A stretch of DNA of 62,990 nucleotides, filler included, from Hausera hauseri (GCA_046269625.1; 12 parts of 12 records of this genome joined end to end with filler, not necessarily neighbours in it), one strand, 5' to 3'; counted from the first letter of the whole stretch, positions 12,014-24,758 are shown. Translations and numbers: made by a program. The notes: a model not told the origin generated them from the sequence alone.

Positions 12014-13785
12014 ACATTTAGAAAGCCTTGTGAGGGAACAAAACTGTAGTAGTAATATACCGAAACGTAACTACAGGTGGATACCTTAACATACTCGCTG
12101 GGGATGGTTATATTATGTAATACTGATGGAATTCATGCTACTTACATGAATTTTTGTCTTCATTCACAACTATGATGATATTAATTATCGATATAGTTTT
12201 ATATATGATTAACTTACTTATCGGTTTAATTTTCAGCCTATGTGTTTATGAATTTTTACAAACTTTATGTGTTTATGCCAATATATAAAAGAGAAATAGT
12301 ATGAGCTACGTATGGAGATGACATGTGGCACATGAGGACTTAGGGACTAACTCCATAAAAGTCGGTTACATGGCGTGTGAATACAGAGCCTCCACATAAC
12401 CGATGCGCAGAGTAGTGAAAAATGCTGCCAGAAGTGATGCATAAACAGGGTCCGTCACTCAAGAAATGGGTGATATTCATCATAATTGCTATTATTAGAA
12501 AAAAAGTACATGTTCACACATTAGAAATTTTGCATGCTCTTAGGTAGTTCACAAGTCATTGGTTATGACAATCTGGATCGAAATTGTGAATGTAAATTGA
12601 ATTTTTTTAATAAGTATTATATAAACTGTGTGGGAAAGACAACGTATAGCGTGGTTGACTTGTAGGTTCAAGATCTCAGATGATGATAACTTGATTGACA
12701 ATTATCAGACTGACAATTATCATGTGTAATCTGGAGGACTTTTAGATTTTGACAGAAGGAAAAGGAGAAAACCTGAGCAGAGGATGTATCGTATCCACAT
12801 GAAGAATTAATCTGAGAATCAATAAGGGATTCTGTTATTCTAACATTACATAGGACGATCAATCCCAACAGAGTGTGAAATTCATCAGCAACGGGGATGA
12901 GCGGTCGCTAGAGACGGTACCAAAATTACACATTTTATTTGTACATGACCATATATCATACTTATGCTATGTTAAAGGATTGATGTTTTGATTTTTGTTG
13001 TTTGAAATTTTGATGACATAATGGGTTATGAATTCACAACGTGATACCTAATCGATTTTCGTTTCCATTTACTTTGTTTATGATAAATTAACATGGGGCG
13101 AAATTAGACACGAGATGAGGAAATGAATGTCCGAAGTCACCAATTAAACACTGAAGCAAAATGAAAGAGTCATTACAGCCAACTCAAAAAAAAAAAAGTC
13201 TACATTCCAGTGACTCATGGTCACGAATCAGATAGAAGATGTCGAAAACTCCAATTTTTTTTTACTATGATACACAGATCATTACAAGCCTGAGTGGATG
13301 AGCATTATTGAATTATTTCTGTTGCCATTGATTTTTGCTATATAATTGACATGTGTTTTATATGTATAACGTTGGATTGTTGAAGATTAAGATATGTTTT
13401 TTTAGGACGTGACATAAATTTGTGAATTATGCTTTTGATTAATGAGACTGACATAGAACTTTGACATTGTAAGGACAGGAATAAGGCTATGAGTGGAAAC
13501 AATAGGTAGAAATGTAAACCACATGGATGTAACATGACGAGTAGAAGACTTTAACCAATTATAAGTCTCCTTAAGGAAGGGTGGGATATGTAGTAGTATC
13601 GATGTGGAAACCAATTAAATTATTTAAAAATTTAATTTAAAAACTCAAACCTAAAGTCAGAAATACAGCGAGGAAAGCACAGAAGAATGGATAAAGGAAA
13701 ACCATACGATTTAATGGGACTGAAATATATAAGGGACAGTTAGTTACAATCTAACTAAAAATAGCTCCGATTAACTATAACAGAA

Positions 13786-13966
13786 TGTAACACCTGCAAG
13801 GATTTTCAGGCCCTGTATTTCTGGCAGGAGGTTAACCAAACAAAAATTCGCTGTAGGGGATTAAAAACCCATTGACTGAACAAAACAAAATGGTAAGACA
13901 GACGATTGCAACAAAAATTAACCCAGATTAATTGTTACATTATTACTTCAGAATGGACTAGTTACA
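13786..13966 (-). repeat. Candidate short LTR of a minus-strand gypsy element
   Basis: Terminal inverted TGTAAC...GTTACA, with a short purine run (AGGGAA) just before the minus-strand start. Confidence 0.4.
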
Positions 13967-14705
13967 ATTCCCTAATTTACAGACAGAGGGTTAAAATAAT
14001 AAGGCCCAGACTTTTTGCGACTTAGGAGAAGACATCACGTTACGTTAAAACAACAACGACGGAAACTCATTATTATCGGGTAGATCTCATACAAAAACAC
14101 AGCGCGTACGACCGTTAATTTCAGCGGCTATGATAAATGAGGATAAAAAAATCATGTGACGAAAGGAATGTCCATTTTAATTACCAGTCAAACAGAGGAA
14201 TTTTGAGGTGCAGCAATTACCGGGTAATTTGTCACGTGACAAGAGCTTAAAAAGGAACAATTGGAAGGAGCCAGAAAGCTGATTTTACCTATGTAAGACC
14301 AGACCCGGAAATTCAGCTCCAATTAGCTCATGGACTCTCCAGAGAGCGTTTGCTCGTTCGTAATATCGGAATAGAGACCAGATAAACTATTGGGCATTAG
14401 CTCGTGTAGAGGTACCAATAGTATTGTCATCGTAACTGAAATAAGACAAACCGTCAGAAGATGAGACAGAGTAAGGAACAGAGAGCAAGTAAATTAAATT
14501 GTCAAATTAATTCTGAGGAAAACCGTGGTAGTATAGTAGTCAGAGTGCGATTCATTTTTCGGAATAACTAACATCAAGATTTTCAACAGACCAAGACTGA
14601 TCTGTNNNNNNNNNNNNNNNNNNNNNNNNNNNNNNNNNNNNNNNNNNNNTTAATTAATTAANNNNNNNNNNNNNNNNNNNNNNNNNNNNNNNNNNNNNNN
14701 NNNNN

Positions 14706-17700
14706 GATGATGTGTTTAGGTGAGCCGAATCGGCTGAGCCATATGCGTATAAAGGCATCAGCTATGGACTCAGTGTTTGTGGATCGAAGTGGAACTGCTT
14801 CTGGCCATCTAGACGCGCGGTCCATCATTACAAGGATGAATTGATGACCGTTGTCTGGTGGAAGAGGGCCAACAATATCGAGATGGACAGTATCAAAGCG
14901 TGACGTACAGGGGAAATGATAAGGTAGCGGCTTTAGGTGTTTAGTGATTTTGAATTTTTGGCATGCCGCACAATCCTTAACCCATGACTGTACGTCTGTT
15001 TTCATTGACGGCCATGTAACTTCGGCTTTTAAGTGGTAATATGTAGCCTTTGATCCTGGATGGTGTAAGGCGTGAATATTTGTAAGAGCTATTTTTGGAG
15101 AGAAGAAACTAATATGATTTTAGGCTATGCAGGGTTGGTGGTATGGAAGGCCACGCCATCACTGATTTTAAAAGATTTATAAGAAGTGAGAGTTTCAGCA
15201 TCCGGTTGATTTCGTCGAAGAGTCTCATTATCTGGAATTGGTTTAAATGTTATACAGTCAACTGAACGTGACAAAAAATCAGCTATTACATTGCTATGCC
15301 ATTTATATGTTTTATTGTAAAATTGAAAGTTGACAAATAGGATATATGTCTTTTCTGACGTAGAGAGGGAGATTTCATGGTAAAGATGTGCAGCAGCGGC
15401 TTATGGTCCGTTTGAATTGTGAAGGTGCGCGCTGTTAGAAGGTGCCTAAATGCTTGACTGCGAGGACCATTGCTAAAGGTTCTCTATAGAAGGTTGAGTA
15501 CTTTTGTTCTGTTGTAGTAAATTTTCTAGAGAAGAACTCTAAAGGTTGATGTGCATTGTTTTTAAATTGGTGAAGTACTGCGCCTGCTGCGATAGTTGAT
15601 GCGTCTGTTGTAAGAAAAAGTTCTGATGTAGAATCTGGATAGGCTAATATTTTCATTGTTTTGTGATTTGCTTTTAGGTGTTCGAAAGCATTAACAAGTT
15701 CAGGCGTTTAAATAATAGGTTATTTCTTTTGGCCAAAATTTAAGGTAGCGAATGGAGCGGTTTAGGTTGAACAATGTGACACCGATTTGTGGACAAAATG
15801 CAAGGTGCCAAGGAAGGAACGCATTTCTGAAGTTGTATGTGGTAATTAAATGTTTTTCAGTTGAGTGATGCGGTCTTACTATGGAGCGTGTCCAGTTGGA
15901 GTAATAATGTGTCCAAGGAAATTGATTTTTTGTTTAAAAAGGAACATGTGCGAAGTTTATTTGGAGATTGTTTTGGTGAAGTCATTTGAAAACGATGCGT
16001 AGGTGCTCAGTATGCTGTTTAGAGGATGAGGAGGCAATGAAAATATCGTCGATGTAGGGATATGCGAAGTCTAGGTCTGCGAGGACCGTGTATATGTGCC
16101 TCTAAAAGGTTTGGGCTGCACTGCGTAAGCCAAGTGTAATGAATAGATATTAAAAAAGTCCAAAAGGAGTTGTAACTGCCGTTTTTGGAATGTCTGCTGG
16201 TGCTACAGGGATTTGGTGGTATGCCTTATAGAGATTGATGTTTAAGAAAATGGTGGAGGCATGAAGTCTATGTAGGATGTCATTGATTAGATGCAGAGGG
16301 TAGGCGTCCATGGTTGTGATTAGATTCAGTTGCTTGTAGTCACCGCATGGGCGAAATGATCCGTACTTTTTGGGGCAACATGTAATGGCGAAGCCCATGG
16401 AGATTTAGATCTTTTGATGATGCCTAAGCGTTGTAGTTCTGAAAATTCGGGTTCGACTGCCCGCCTGCGACGTGGGGATAATTGTCGTACCTTTTGTCGT
16501 ATTGGTCTTCGGTGTTCTGTAACGATATAATGAAAAGTATGCATGGCTGGTTTAAAAGTTTTGTCTTTCTGCAACAAATGAGTGCACGAAGAAAATACAT
16601 AGGATTGCAATTTGCGTGGAAGTGATGATAAGGCGGTTGACGGTGATGATGATATTGCGATTTGCCTGGCGTCAGTTAGAGAAGCAGTTGTATTATGAGA
16701 ACTAGGCGGAATTTGGTGCAATATGGTGGAACTGAAAATTGTGTTGCGGGAGGTTTTGTTAGCAAAAGGTGCCAAAAAGTTGGCACTGTCATATTTTTTA
16801 ACTGTATTATAGTAGTCGCTGAATAAGGGATGATTGTAATAATACTTTAAATTAATATGTGATTTTTTAAGAGCAGGTTTATGGTCAGTGATCGTCCGCT
16901 CGGTCGTCGAAATGATATTCACTGAGTTAGATTGTTCGAATTGATTTGAGTTAAGCAAGCAGCAACGTCTGCAATCCACCAGTAGTTGGTAATGGGATAG
17001 AAAGTCTGATCCCAATATAGGTGTTTGTACATTGGCAACTGTGAATGTCCAATTGTATGTCTTTTTGCTGCCTGGCAATGTAAAGGTGATGTTGATAATG
17101 CCAAAGGTATTTAGTTATGCCCCTGATGCAGTGAATAATTTTTTGTGTAAATTTGTTTTGTTATGCATTTGATGTTCAGTAGGAAGTAGAGAGGCAGCTG
17201 CTCCAGTGTTTATGAGGAAATTAATGTTTTGTTTTGTTGGAGTAACGACGGTTGCATCAAACGTAAAAAACTGCAAATGTTGTGCTTCGGCTGTCATTTT
17301 GTAAAGTGGAGCCTTTGCTAGAGGCGGCCGATGACTCTAGCGGCGTTATTAGTTTTTTAGCTGTGTTTGATTTTGTTTGTTAGTTGAGGGTCGCCTATTC
17401 TCATGCGAGTAGGAATTGCATCGTGGTAAACATCTTATGGCTTTAGTGTTGAATTTAGAATGATAGATGCAAATGTTGTTGCCGGACTTAAATTTAGGTG
17501 TAAAGAATTTGCACCCAATGCAACATTTGTGTGTGTTGTTTTCGATATTGTTATGATAATAACAAATAGACGATCGTACGGGCGATGGCAATCGTCTGTT
17601 GTGCAGTGGAGATTTATCGGAATGGGTGGCACCCGGAAATTTTGTCTGGAGAAGGTCAGTTGGCTCAACTTATTGTTCATACTGTTAATGGTTTCTAGCA

Positions 17701-18745
17701 GTGCCTTGTTGTCAGCCTTTAATTGAGTTATTTGTTGTTGTAATGCGTTTTGCTGTGTATCGTTTGGTGTGATGATGGTAGAGATAAGTGAGGTAGTGTG
17801 CATTTTGAATAATTCATATGATTTATCAGCTAACTCGCTTAGTTTGTTAAGATATAATGATTCCTCAACAACGGTTAACGGGCCCCTCATTTGTAAAGGT
17901 AAAGCGTGGAGAAAATAGCGTCTTAGGCGATCTGCGTTGTGTTCCTGTGTTACACCGAGTGCCTTTAAGTTCTTAAGGGCTATTTGTAAGAATTCGGAGG
18001 GCTTTTGATTGCTTAGGGTGTTCTCGTTGAAGTAACGTTGAATAATAGAATCCAAGGAAGGCTCTGTAAGCCTAAGAACGGCGTTATGTAGCTCCTTGTA
18101 AGGATCAGGATATTCGAAGAGTTGTAAAAGATTAGGTATTCGAGTTTTGACTGAATTTGGTAGATAGTAAAAGAGGCTATGGGCTTTTGAGAGAGATTCG
18201 TTGATGTTTGCAGATGTGATGGAATTGAAGCCAGGTTTGTCTTGAGTTCTGATTGTCGATGAAGAATTCGGTACATTGGTGTCCGAAAGGGAGACCGGGA
18301 GGTGTGACTGTACCGGCGCAGCGTAATATTGGAATAGATTTTGGCTTTTCCGTAGTGTCAGTGGAGGATGGGGAGTTCATGCCGCCGAGGATTTTAAAGT
18401 TGATATGAATAAGAAAAAAAGTCTGTCTGAAGTGAAGAAGATCGTAGAAGTTGTGGATGGTGAGACCGTTGTAGGATAAGAAAAAACTAGAGGAACCTAG
18501 CAGGTTGACAAGGTGGTGGTAGATGCGTGTTGGGTCTAGTGTGTCCTTTTATATGTATGTATATGTTTTTGTTGTTGATTAAAAAATGAAGAGAAAGATA
18601 GGGGGTATGGGCGACGGATGGGCACTGCGGCGCGTGACGTAAACACGCCCGGCGTCCGGACGGCGCCGGCGTGGCGATCTCTGGGCGGCCGAACCTCCGT
18701 AACCAGGTCCGGCAGCTGCCCGACGGTCTTTGCGGTGAAAGGTGT
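14706..18745 (-). mobile_element. Decayed Ty3/gypsy LTR retrotransposon, CsRn1-like clade (gag-PR-RT-RH-IN)
   Basis: Gag with CHCC boxes; protease FLINTGAAASLLP (D to N); RT WASPLH, RPCGDYKQLN, KAYHQIP, YIDD; RNase H TDAS; integrase VHLDIVGPLP. Confidence 0.93.
17317..17358 (-). promoter_or_regulatory. gag-pol -1 ribosomal frameshift signal
   Basis: In-frame A AAA AAC immediately before the gag TAA, followed by the stem GCTAGAG...CTCTAGC. Confidence 0.75.
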
Positions 18746-19426
18746 TGTGGAGATTAAGGATGTCGTATGAACAACTTGGACCACTTGAGTGTCCAGTACG
18801 GACAACATTTTATTAGGTGGTGGAACGACGCCTTGTTGCACGAAATATGCAACTTGATTGGGTGTTGCACTAACTTTAAAATTTGAAATAACCCAAGAAA
18901 CTTCCTTTTGGGTTTGGAAGTCACCTTTATCCTGATGCTAATGTATGAGTAATGTGAGCTGACAGTCAATGACATTTTTGGTTTGTTCTTGATTTCCGGG
19001 AGTAATGTTTGACAAAACCCAAACAGCTTCCTTGTTGATTTCTTTTTTTTGAATGTTGCAGCAATTGTGAGAAATGAGATAATGCGTTGTAATTTAATTT
19101 GTATTGCGTTTGTTCGTCAGTTCTCGTTGCACTATTACCGACTGCCCGAAATGCAGCCGTTTGCACTTTTACGTCATTATGTGACAACAGTGGTACTAAA
19201 ATCCGAACGATATCAGCATCGATAACCATTTGTATTTGGTGATTTCCTCCGTCAGTTAAATAAGATAATTTCGAAACAATATCGACCAAAATATTAGAAT
19301 CTGGACTGTGTATAAGATACCACAATACGAGTAGCAATTCGCCGACAGTTAACATGCTAGGAGATTGGTCTTTGTTACGGCGGAGACTGACGGTAACGCA
19401 CGTAACGTCTCGTAAAAACGTTATTG
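18746..19426 (-). pseudogene. KPNA3: Importin-alpha (alpha-3/KPNA3-4 type) intronless frameshifted fragment
   Basis: [73 protein letters not shown] across frameshifts (ARM repeats). Confidence 0.9.
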
Positions 19427-19904
19427 NNNNNNNNNNNNNNNNNNNNNNNNNNNNNNNNNNNNNNNNNNNNTTAATTAATTAANNNNNNNNNNNNNNNNNN
19501 NNNNNNNNNNNNNNNNNNNNNNNNNNATAGTAAACTATACCGGACTCCAAGGCGACATACTGTCCGAAAAAGAAAGATTAATATATAATATAGCACGGAC
19601 CATGAAAACTTCGAGATTTAAATTATCTAAAAGCACCCTCCCGGACAAAACAGTGATTGACAGAATTATGGCAGATAATACAACGGAAGAATTAAGGAAA
19701 GTTTTGATATATTTGGCGGTAAGAACCAACCCCCACCGAGAAAACGAATTTGAAAAGACAATTGGATTGGCTAGAAAAGCTGCGAGAAGAATAACTAAAG
19801 AAGTAAAGTGGACTAAATTTTTTGAAAAAGAGGAAAATGTAAAAGGGACTAATAAGTTAGAAGATATGATACGAAATATCTCTTTAAATAGAGGCAATGA
19901 ATCC

Positions 19905-22024
19905 AATTGGTTAGTCAATCTACTAACAATAATGATGCTAGTGAAACAGCTAGGAGCAGTCACTATCTACGACTGTGATAAATTCAAGATGGGTCAAAGA
20001 TATTGTCTAATGGATCTGGAAGCGTGTGAAGATACCAGACCACACAAGTTAGAAACAAGAGAGAGAAATTACTTCTTGTACCAGCAACAAGAACTGATAT
20101 CGCTAGACGGAATGGAATGCATGTTGCGACGATCTCGCAGTATTTTTCACTGTGAATTAATGCACGGACATTCTTCAATAATCAAACCAACGATCCCTCC
20201 AATTCCCATGAACTTGGTACGGCAGCACTGCAAACAGGCTAAAGAGACTGGAAGAGTACATTGGGACAATATGGAATTAGAAATGCAAGCGGACAAAATA
20301 ATTAGGGCGTACAAAGTTGTAGCCGGAAGGTTAGACATGCACAATGGACACTGTAGTGGAGCTGAATACGATACTGGTAAGGGATTAGAACCAAACGCAG
20401 TAGTTGTGGATTTCTACGAATCGGAAATGCGATCACAAAAGGTAATGTTTCATAGCGTCACCAAGTTATATACGGAACACCAAAAATGTCATTTACAAGA
20501 TGGAACCTGTGCTTTTATGAGCTCGGTTACAATATGGGAACCGCCCTCAGGAAGAAGTTGTAAGTTTATTAAAATTAAAAAACTACAGTTTAATGAGACC
20601 ACCGGCAAGCGATACGTGGATAAATTGGATACCAACTCAAGGACGCACGAGGCTGTATTAGAACATCCTACGCCCATCATATTAATCTCACGTTGTGATG
20701 TGGTAATGTTTGCTACTAACTACGAAGAGTTCTTCGTAGCCGAAACTGAGATAAATGCGAGGACTTATAAGTTGGAAACACAAGATATCAGGATTGAGGA
20801 CTATCTAAAGAATAGAAACGATTATTTTTATTACAAAGGACAAACTGGAATAACTGAGTTATACCACAAAATGATAACGAACGACTGTAAATTGGATACT
20901 GAGATCATTAGGACAAAACTGGCTCTTATATATGCCAATCCAGAATCGGCTTCTCCAATAATTCCTATGATAGAGGGAATCTTTGGTCGAGTTACAGGCG
21001 AAGTATGACTAACTTACTAATGTGAAAAGAGAGATGTACCCATAAATGTAGAAGAGAAACGCTGCATCCAAAACACTCCTAGACTAGCTACACCATTGAT
21101 GAGAGTATTATTGGATAATGCAACCCAACTTACTATTCTTAAAGATTGTAAAGCGAGCTTAGCAGAGCCCATGTTTAGGCCTAGTGAGACAGAATGGGTC
21201 AGTTTACCGAATGGAGGTATTACTGCCACCTCATACAAATTAACATAAACAAATCTGGCGAAAGGAATTACGGACGACAAATTTCAGGACACTTCATCGA
21301 AAGGCATATATAGGCCTAAAGAGATTAAAGCCTTTAGACAATTCCTCGCTTTTTTACGACAACGAACGCATGAATTAAACCGAGCCATGGCCTCTGTGGT
21401 AGACGATACCTAATATCAGGCTAAGTGGGAATCTCTACTTGGCGCTAATAACTACCAAAGAGTAACTTCGGAAATATTGTATAAGATTTGAGGAAGATTT
21501 TTAATTTTCGGAAAGCTGCATCTGGATTTTTAGCCATCTACTTCTTAGTCCAGTTAGTTAAGGCCGTCTTACAAGCTATCATTAACGGATACGAAATATT
21601 CACATTAACCAGATTCTCCTGTAAGGTTTTAACTGCAAGTATTATACCCTTTGGGAAAATGCTCAAGGCCTACGAGGAAAATCAATGGAAAAATGATGTA
21701 AAACGCCATGTTGGATACTATAATCGCAAGCGACGAGGAAAACCTTCGATATTGTATAAACGTAAAAATAAGACAACAGTAACACGCAGGGATGATTCAG
21801 ATGATGACGAGCCTAAGGGAAGAGATGTGAATTGCAGAATGAAGATGCGCAAGATGTATTCAGTAATTAACGCGCCATTACCTATAATGCGGCCAACAGC
21901 ACCAATATATGAAGACTGTGACCGCAAATCAATCGTATCATGTCGGTCGGAAATCTATCAAAAACCGTCTAATTACGAAGATCCTTATGAAAAAACAAAA
22001 CAATATGGAGACTACGGAAAATAA
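19905..22024 (+). pseudogene. env: Chuvirus-like / gB-type class III fusion glycoprotein with internal signal peptide, TM anchor and cytoplasmic tail
   Basis: Ordered motifs YDC, CMLRRSRSIFHC..HGHSS, AGRLD..GHCSG, C..DGTC..TIW, C..D..I..KL..NP, GEV..Y.C, GIY, W(TGA)GRFLIFG and a TM (FLAIYFLVQLVKAVL) match chuviral G. Several stops after 21008 and a frameshift near 21512. Confidence 0.85.
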
Positions 22025-22029
22025 ATGTT

Positions 22030-24758
22030 ATGTACCAAGGACCAACAGAAAACGACCACGGAATATTGTACTCAAAAAGGATACCGCGCCACATAGAATC
22101 GGAATCAACAATCTGGGGGAACCCGAAACTGTGTTCGATCTCAAGTTCACTACCCCAGGAGCCGCTCATTGACAGTCGCGTTATTGAAATAATAAATAAC
22201 AATTTGTATCCGAATGGAGAATTAAGACAATTAAGGCAAGATATCATTTTATCGCCAGAAATAAAGATAAACGGACACAGAGTCTCTACTATAAAACGGT
22301 CCAAGATAGTGTCAAATTGCTACGGAACAGTAGCAGAAGGGAGACCTTTCGCTAACATACACATCGAAGATAGGGAAGTGTATGCGTTAATCGACACAGG
22401 ATCAGAAAAATCATTTATAAAATATGAATCGATACCAACCACATTTGGGCAAGTATCGAAGCCGAAATTTAAATGGACTCGTACCGTTTATCTAATGGGC
22501 CGAGCACTTCAACGTGAATTCGAGGTAATGGACCAGTTGTCAGACAATGTAGTACTAGGTTGTGATATATCAAAACAGATACCAGGTATGGCAATCGATG
22601 TCCATAACGGAAAATTAATTGAGCTGGAACCAATTAATAGGACAAAAATAATAAAGGAAAGGAAATCGGGCGAAGTATGGATTCCAGTAGATGAGGACAT
22701 CCCTCCCAGAACTGAAATGATAATTTTTGCGCAGATTCTTTAGGACGAAGATCTACCAGTACATTTTGAACCTCAAGAGAATATCGATCCAAATCTCATG
22801 ATTAGCAATATTCTATGTAGAATAGTGATGGGACAAATGCCTATCAGATTAGTGAACAATGCACCAACTACCGTACGATTGCATGCTAACACTACTCTAG
22901 GTCACACTTGTAGAGTATGGGCAATAACAATAGAAGAAAAACCATACAAATGCACAGAATTTCCACCTCACGTCGAAACCAAATTCTCTCCGGAAGAGTA
23001 TTGCAAGTTCTACGAATTATTATGTAAATACAGTTCGATAATCGCACAAAATGAAGAAGATATAGGTAGAGCAAAATCTTTAAGGTTAACAATTCCATTA
23101 AGGAAGAAACCCGGCTCAAATGACAAGATTGATCTAGAAGAACAGAAAATGCCCAAGTGGTACCAGCCTCCTCATTCATTGAGACCGGAGATAACTAAGG
23201 AAGTAGAGCGGATGTTGAAGGCCGATATAATTTGACCAATCTACCGATCGTGATACTCTTCTATACTTATGGTTAAAAAGAAAGAAACTAAAAAACATAG
23301 GTTTTGTATAGATTATCGGGCATTAAACACGTTGATGAAGAAAGACTCCTTTCCCCTACCGTCAGTAAAGGAAGCTTTAGACAGACTATAAGGAGCAAAA
23401 TGGTTTACCACTCTCGATTTACAATTGGGATACTGGCAGGTGGAAATCGAAGAAAAAGATCGATATAAGGCAGCGTTCAAAACACACGATGGCGTATACG
23501 AATTTAATGTTATGCCTTTCGTCATCACCACAGGACTAGCTATTTTTACTAGAATGATGAATAAGATGCTCATGGGACTTGATCATTCTTTTGCGTACTT
23601 AGACGACGTGATGATAGCATCAAATACGGAGGAGGAACACTTAAAGGATATTGAAGATACCCTCATGCGACTAGAACAAGCGAGTTTGAAACTAAATCCA
23701 AAGAAATGTAAATGGGCACAAAATGCAGTATCGTATCTCGGACACATAGTTGGAGAAGGAGAATCAAAACCGGACAAATCTCTACTAAATAAGATATCCG
23801 ATTACATGGAGCCGCAGAATCAAAAGAAATTAAGACATTGGTTAGGCCTATGTGGATATTATGCCACTTACGTACCAAACAATTCAAAAATTAACGCGTC
23901 ACTATATTGCCTACTCAAAAAAGGAATTAAGTGGAGATGGACGGAAGTGGAGCAAATAGTCTTCGATGAAATGAAGAAAGTTTTGACAAGTGAACCAGTT
24001 TTAAGATACCTGGATTTTAACCTGCCATTCATGATTAAAACAGATGCAAGTAAAGAAGGCATAAGATACGAATTAGCTCAAAAACGAGAAGGCGAAGAAC
24101 TGAAACATCCAATAGCTTATGGTGGACGCTCGTTAAAGAAAGCAGAAAAGAATTATTTAGTTACCGAATTAGAAACGCTAGCCGTTAAGGAAGCACTACG
24201 ACACTTTAACGTCTATGTCTACAGACAAAAGATCATAATACTAACCGACCACAAAGCTGTTACGACATTAAAAGGACGAGCTAATAACCCAACATGTAGA
24301 TTAAACAGTTAGATCGAGGAAATCTCACGATATAACATTGAATTTCAATACAAACCGCGGTAATAAACACGTCGACACCGACGCACTGTCAAGGTTAAAG
24401 ACAAAAACGAGTGCAATAACCACACTAAAGAAACCATAACTCGAACAGCTGATCGAACGACAAAGAACTCTGATATCGGATAAGACAATTAGAATTACAG
24501 CAGAGAAAGCTAAAGACACAGTTATTCAGCAAATTATCGAGTTCGTCAAAACAACAAAACGCCAAAAGGACGGCAACTGAAAAGCATCTACAGAAACACG
24601 GACATAAATATCGCGCATCAAACCAAGATAACACCCTGTATTACGAATGGAAAGGAAAAAGATTAATAGCCATTCCAAAATATTACGCACCGAAGTACTC
24701 ATGGCTGAACATGACTTGTATTTAGCTGGACACATGTCTTGGAAGAAGACATTGGAAA
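22030..24758 (+). pseudogene. pol: Pol: aspartic protease, RT, RNase H, integrase N-terminus
   Basis: ALIDTGS at 22393; [19 protein letters not shown] at 23596; IKTDAS, ELETLA, TDH, DALSR; EHDLYLAGHMSWKKT. Mostly one frame with stops. Confidence 0.95.

Larger units (their letters stand above)
19527..24758 (+). mobile_element. Ty3/gypsy element segment with env upstream of PR-RT-RH-IN (decayed)
   Basis: One contiguous contig carries the glycoprotein, then DTG protease, YLDD RT, TDAS RNase H and the H-x5-H integrase start. Confidence 0.93.

Noticed and set aside
19535-19963. Antisense ORFs over retroelement and coiled-coil genes (also 32042-32443, 43097-44296, 50708-50962)
   Set aside because: These are shadow ORFs of A-rich sense coding, with S/F/L-rich translations and no motifs.
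19905-22024. Stand-alone endogenous chuvirus genome
   Set aside because: No nucleoprotein or L/RdRp is present. The glycoprotein is embedded between Gag-linked region X and gypsy pol, and is linked to X in two copies.
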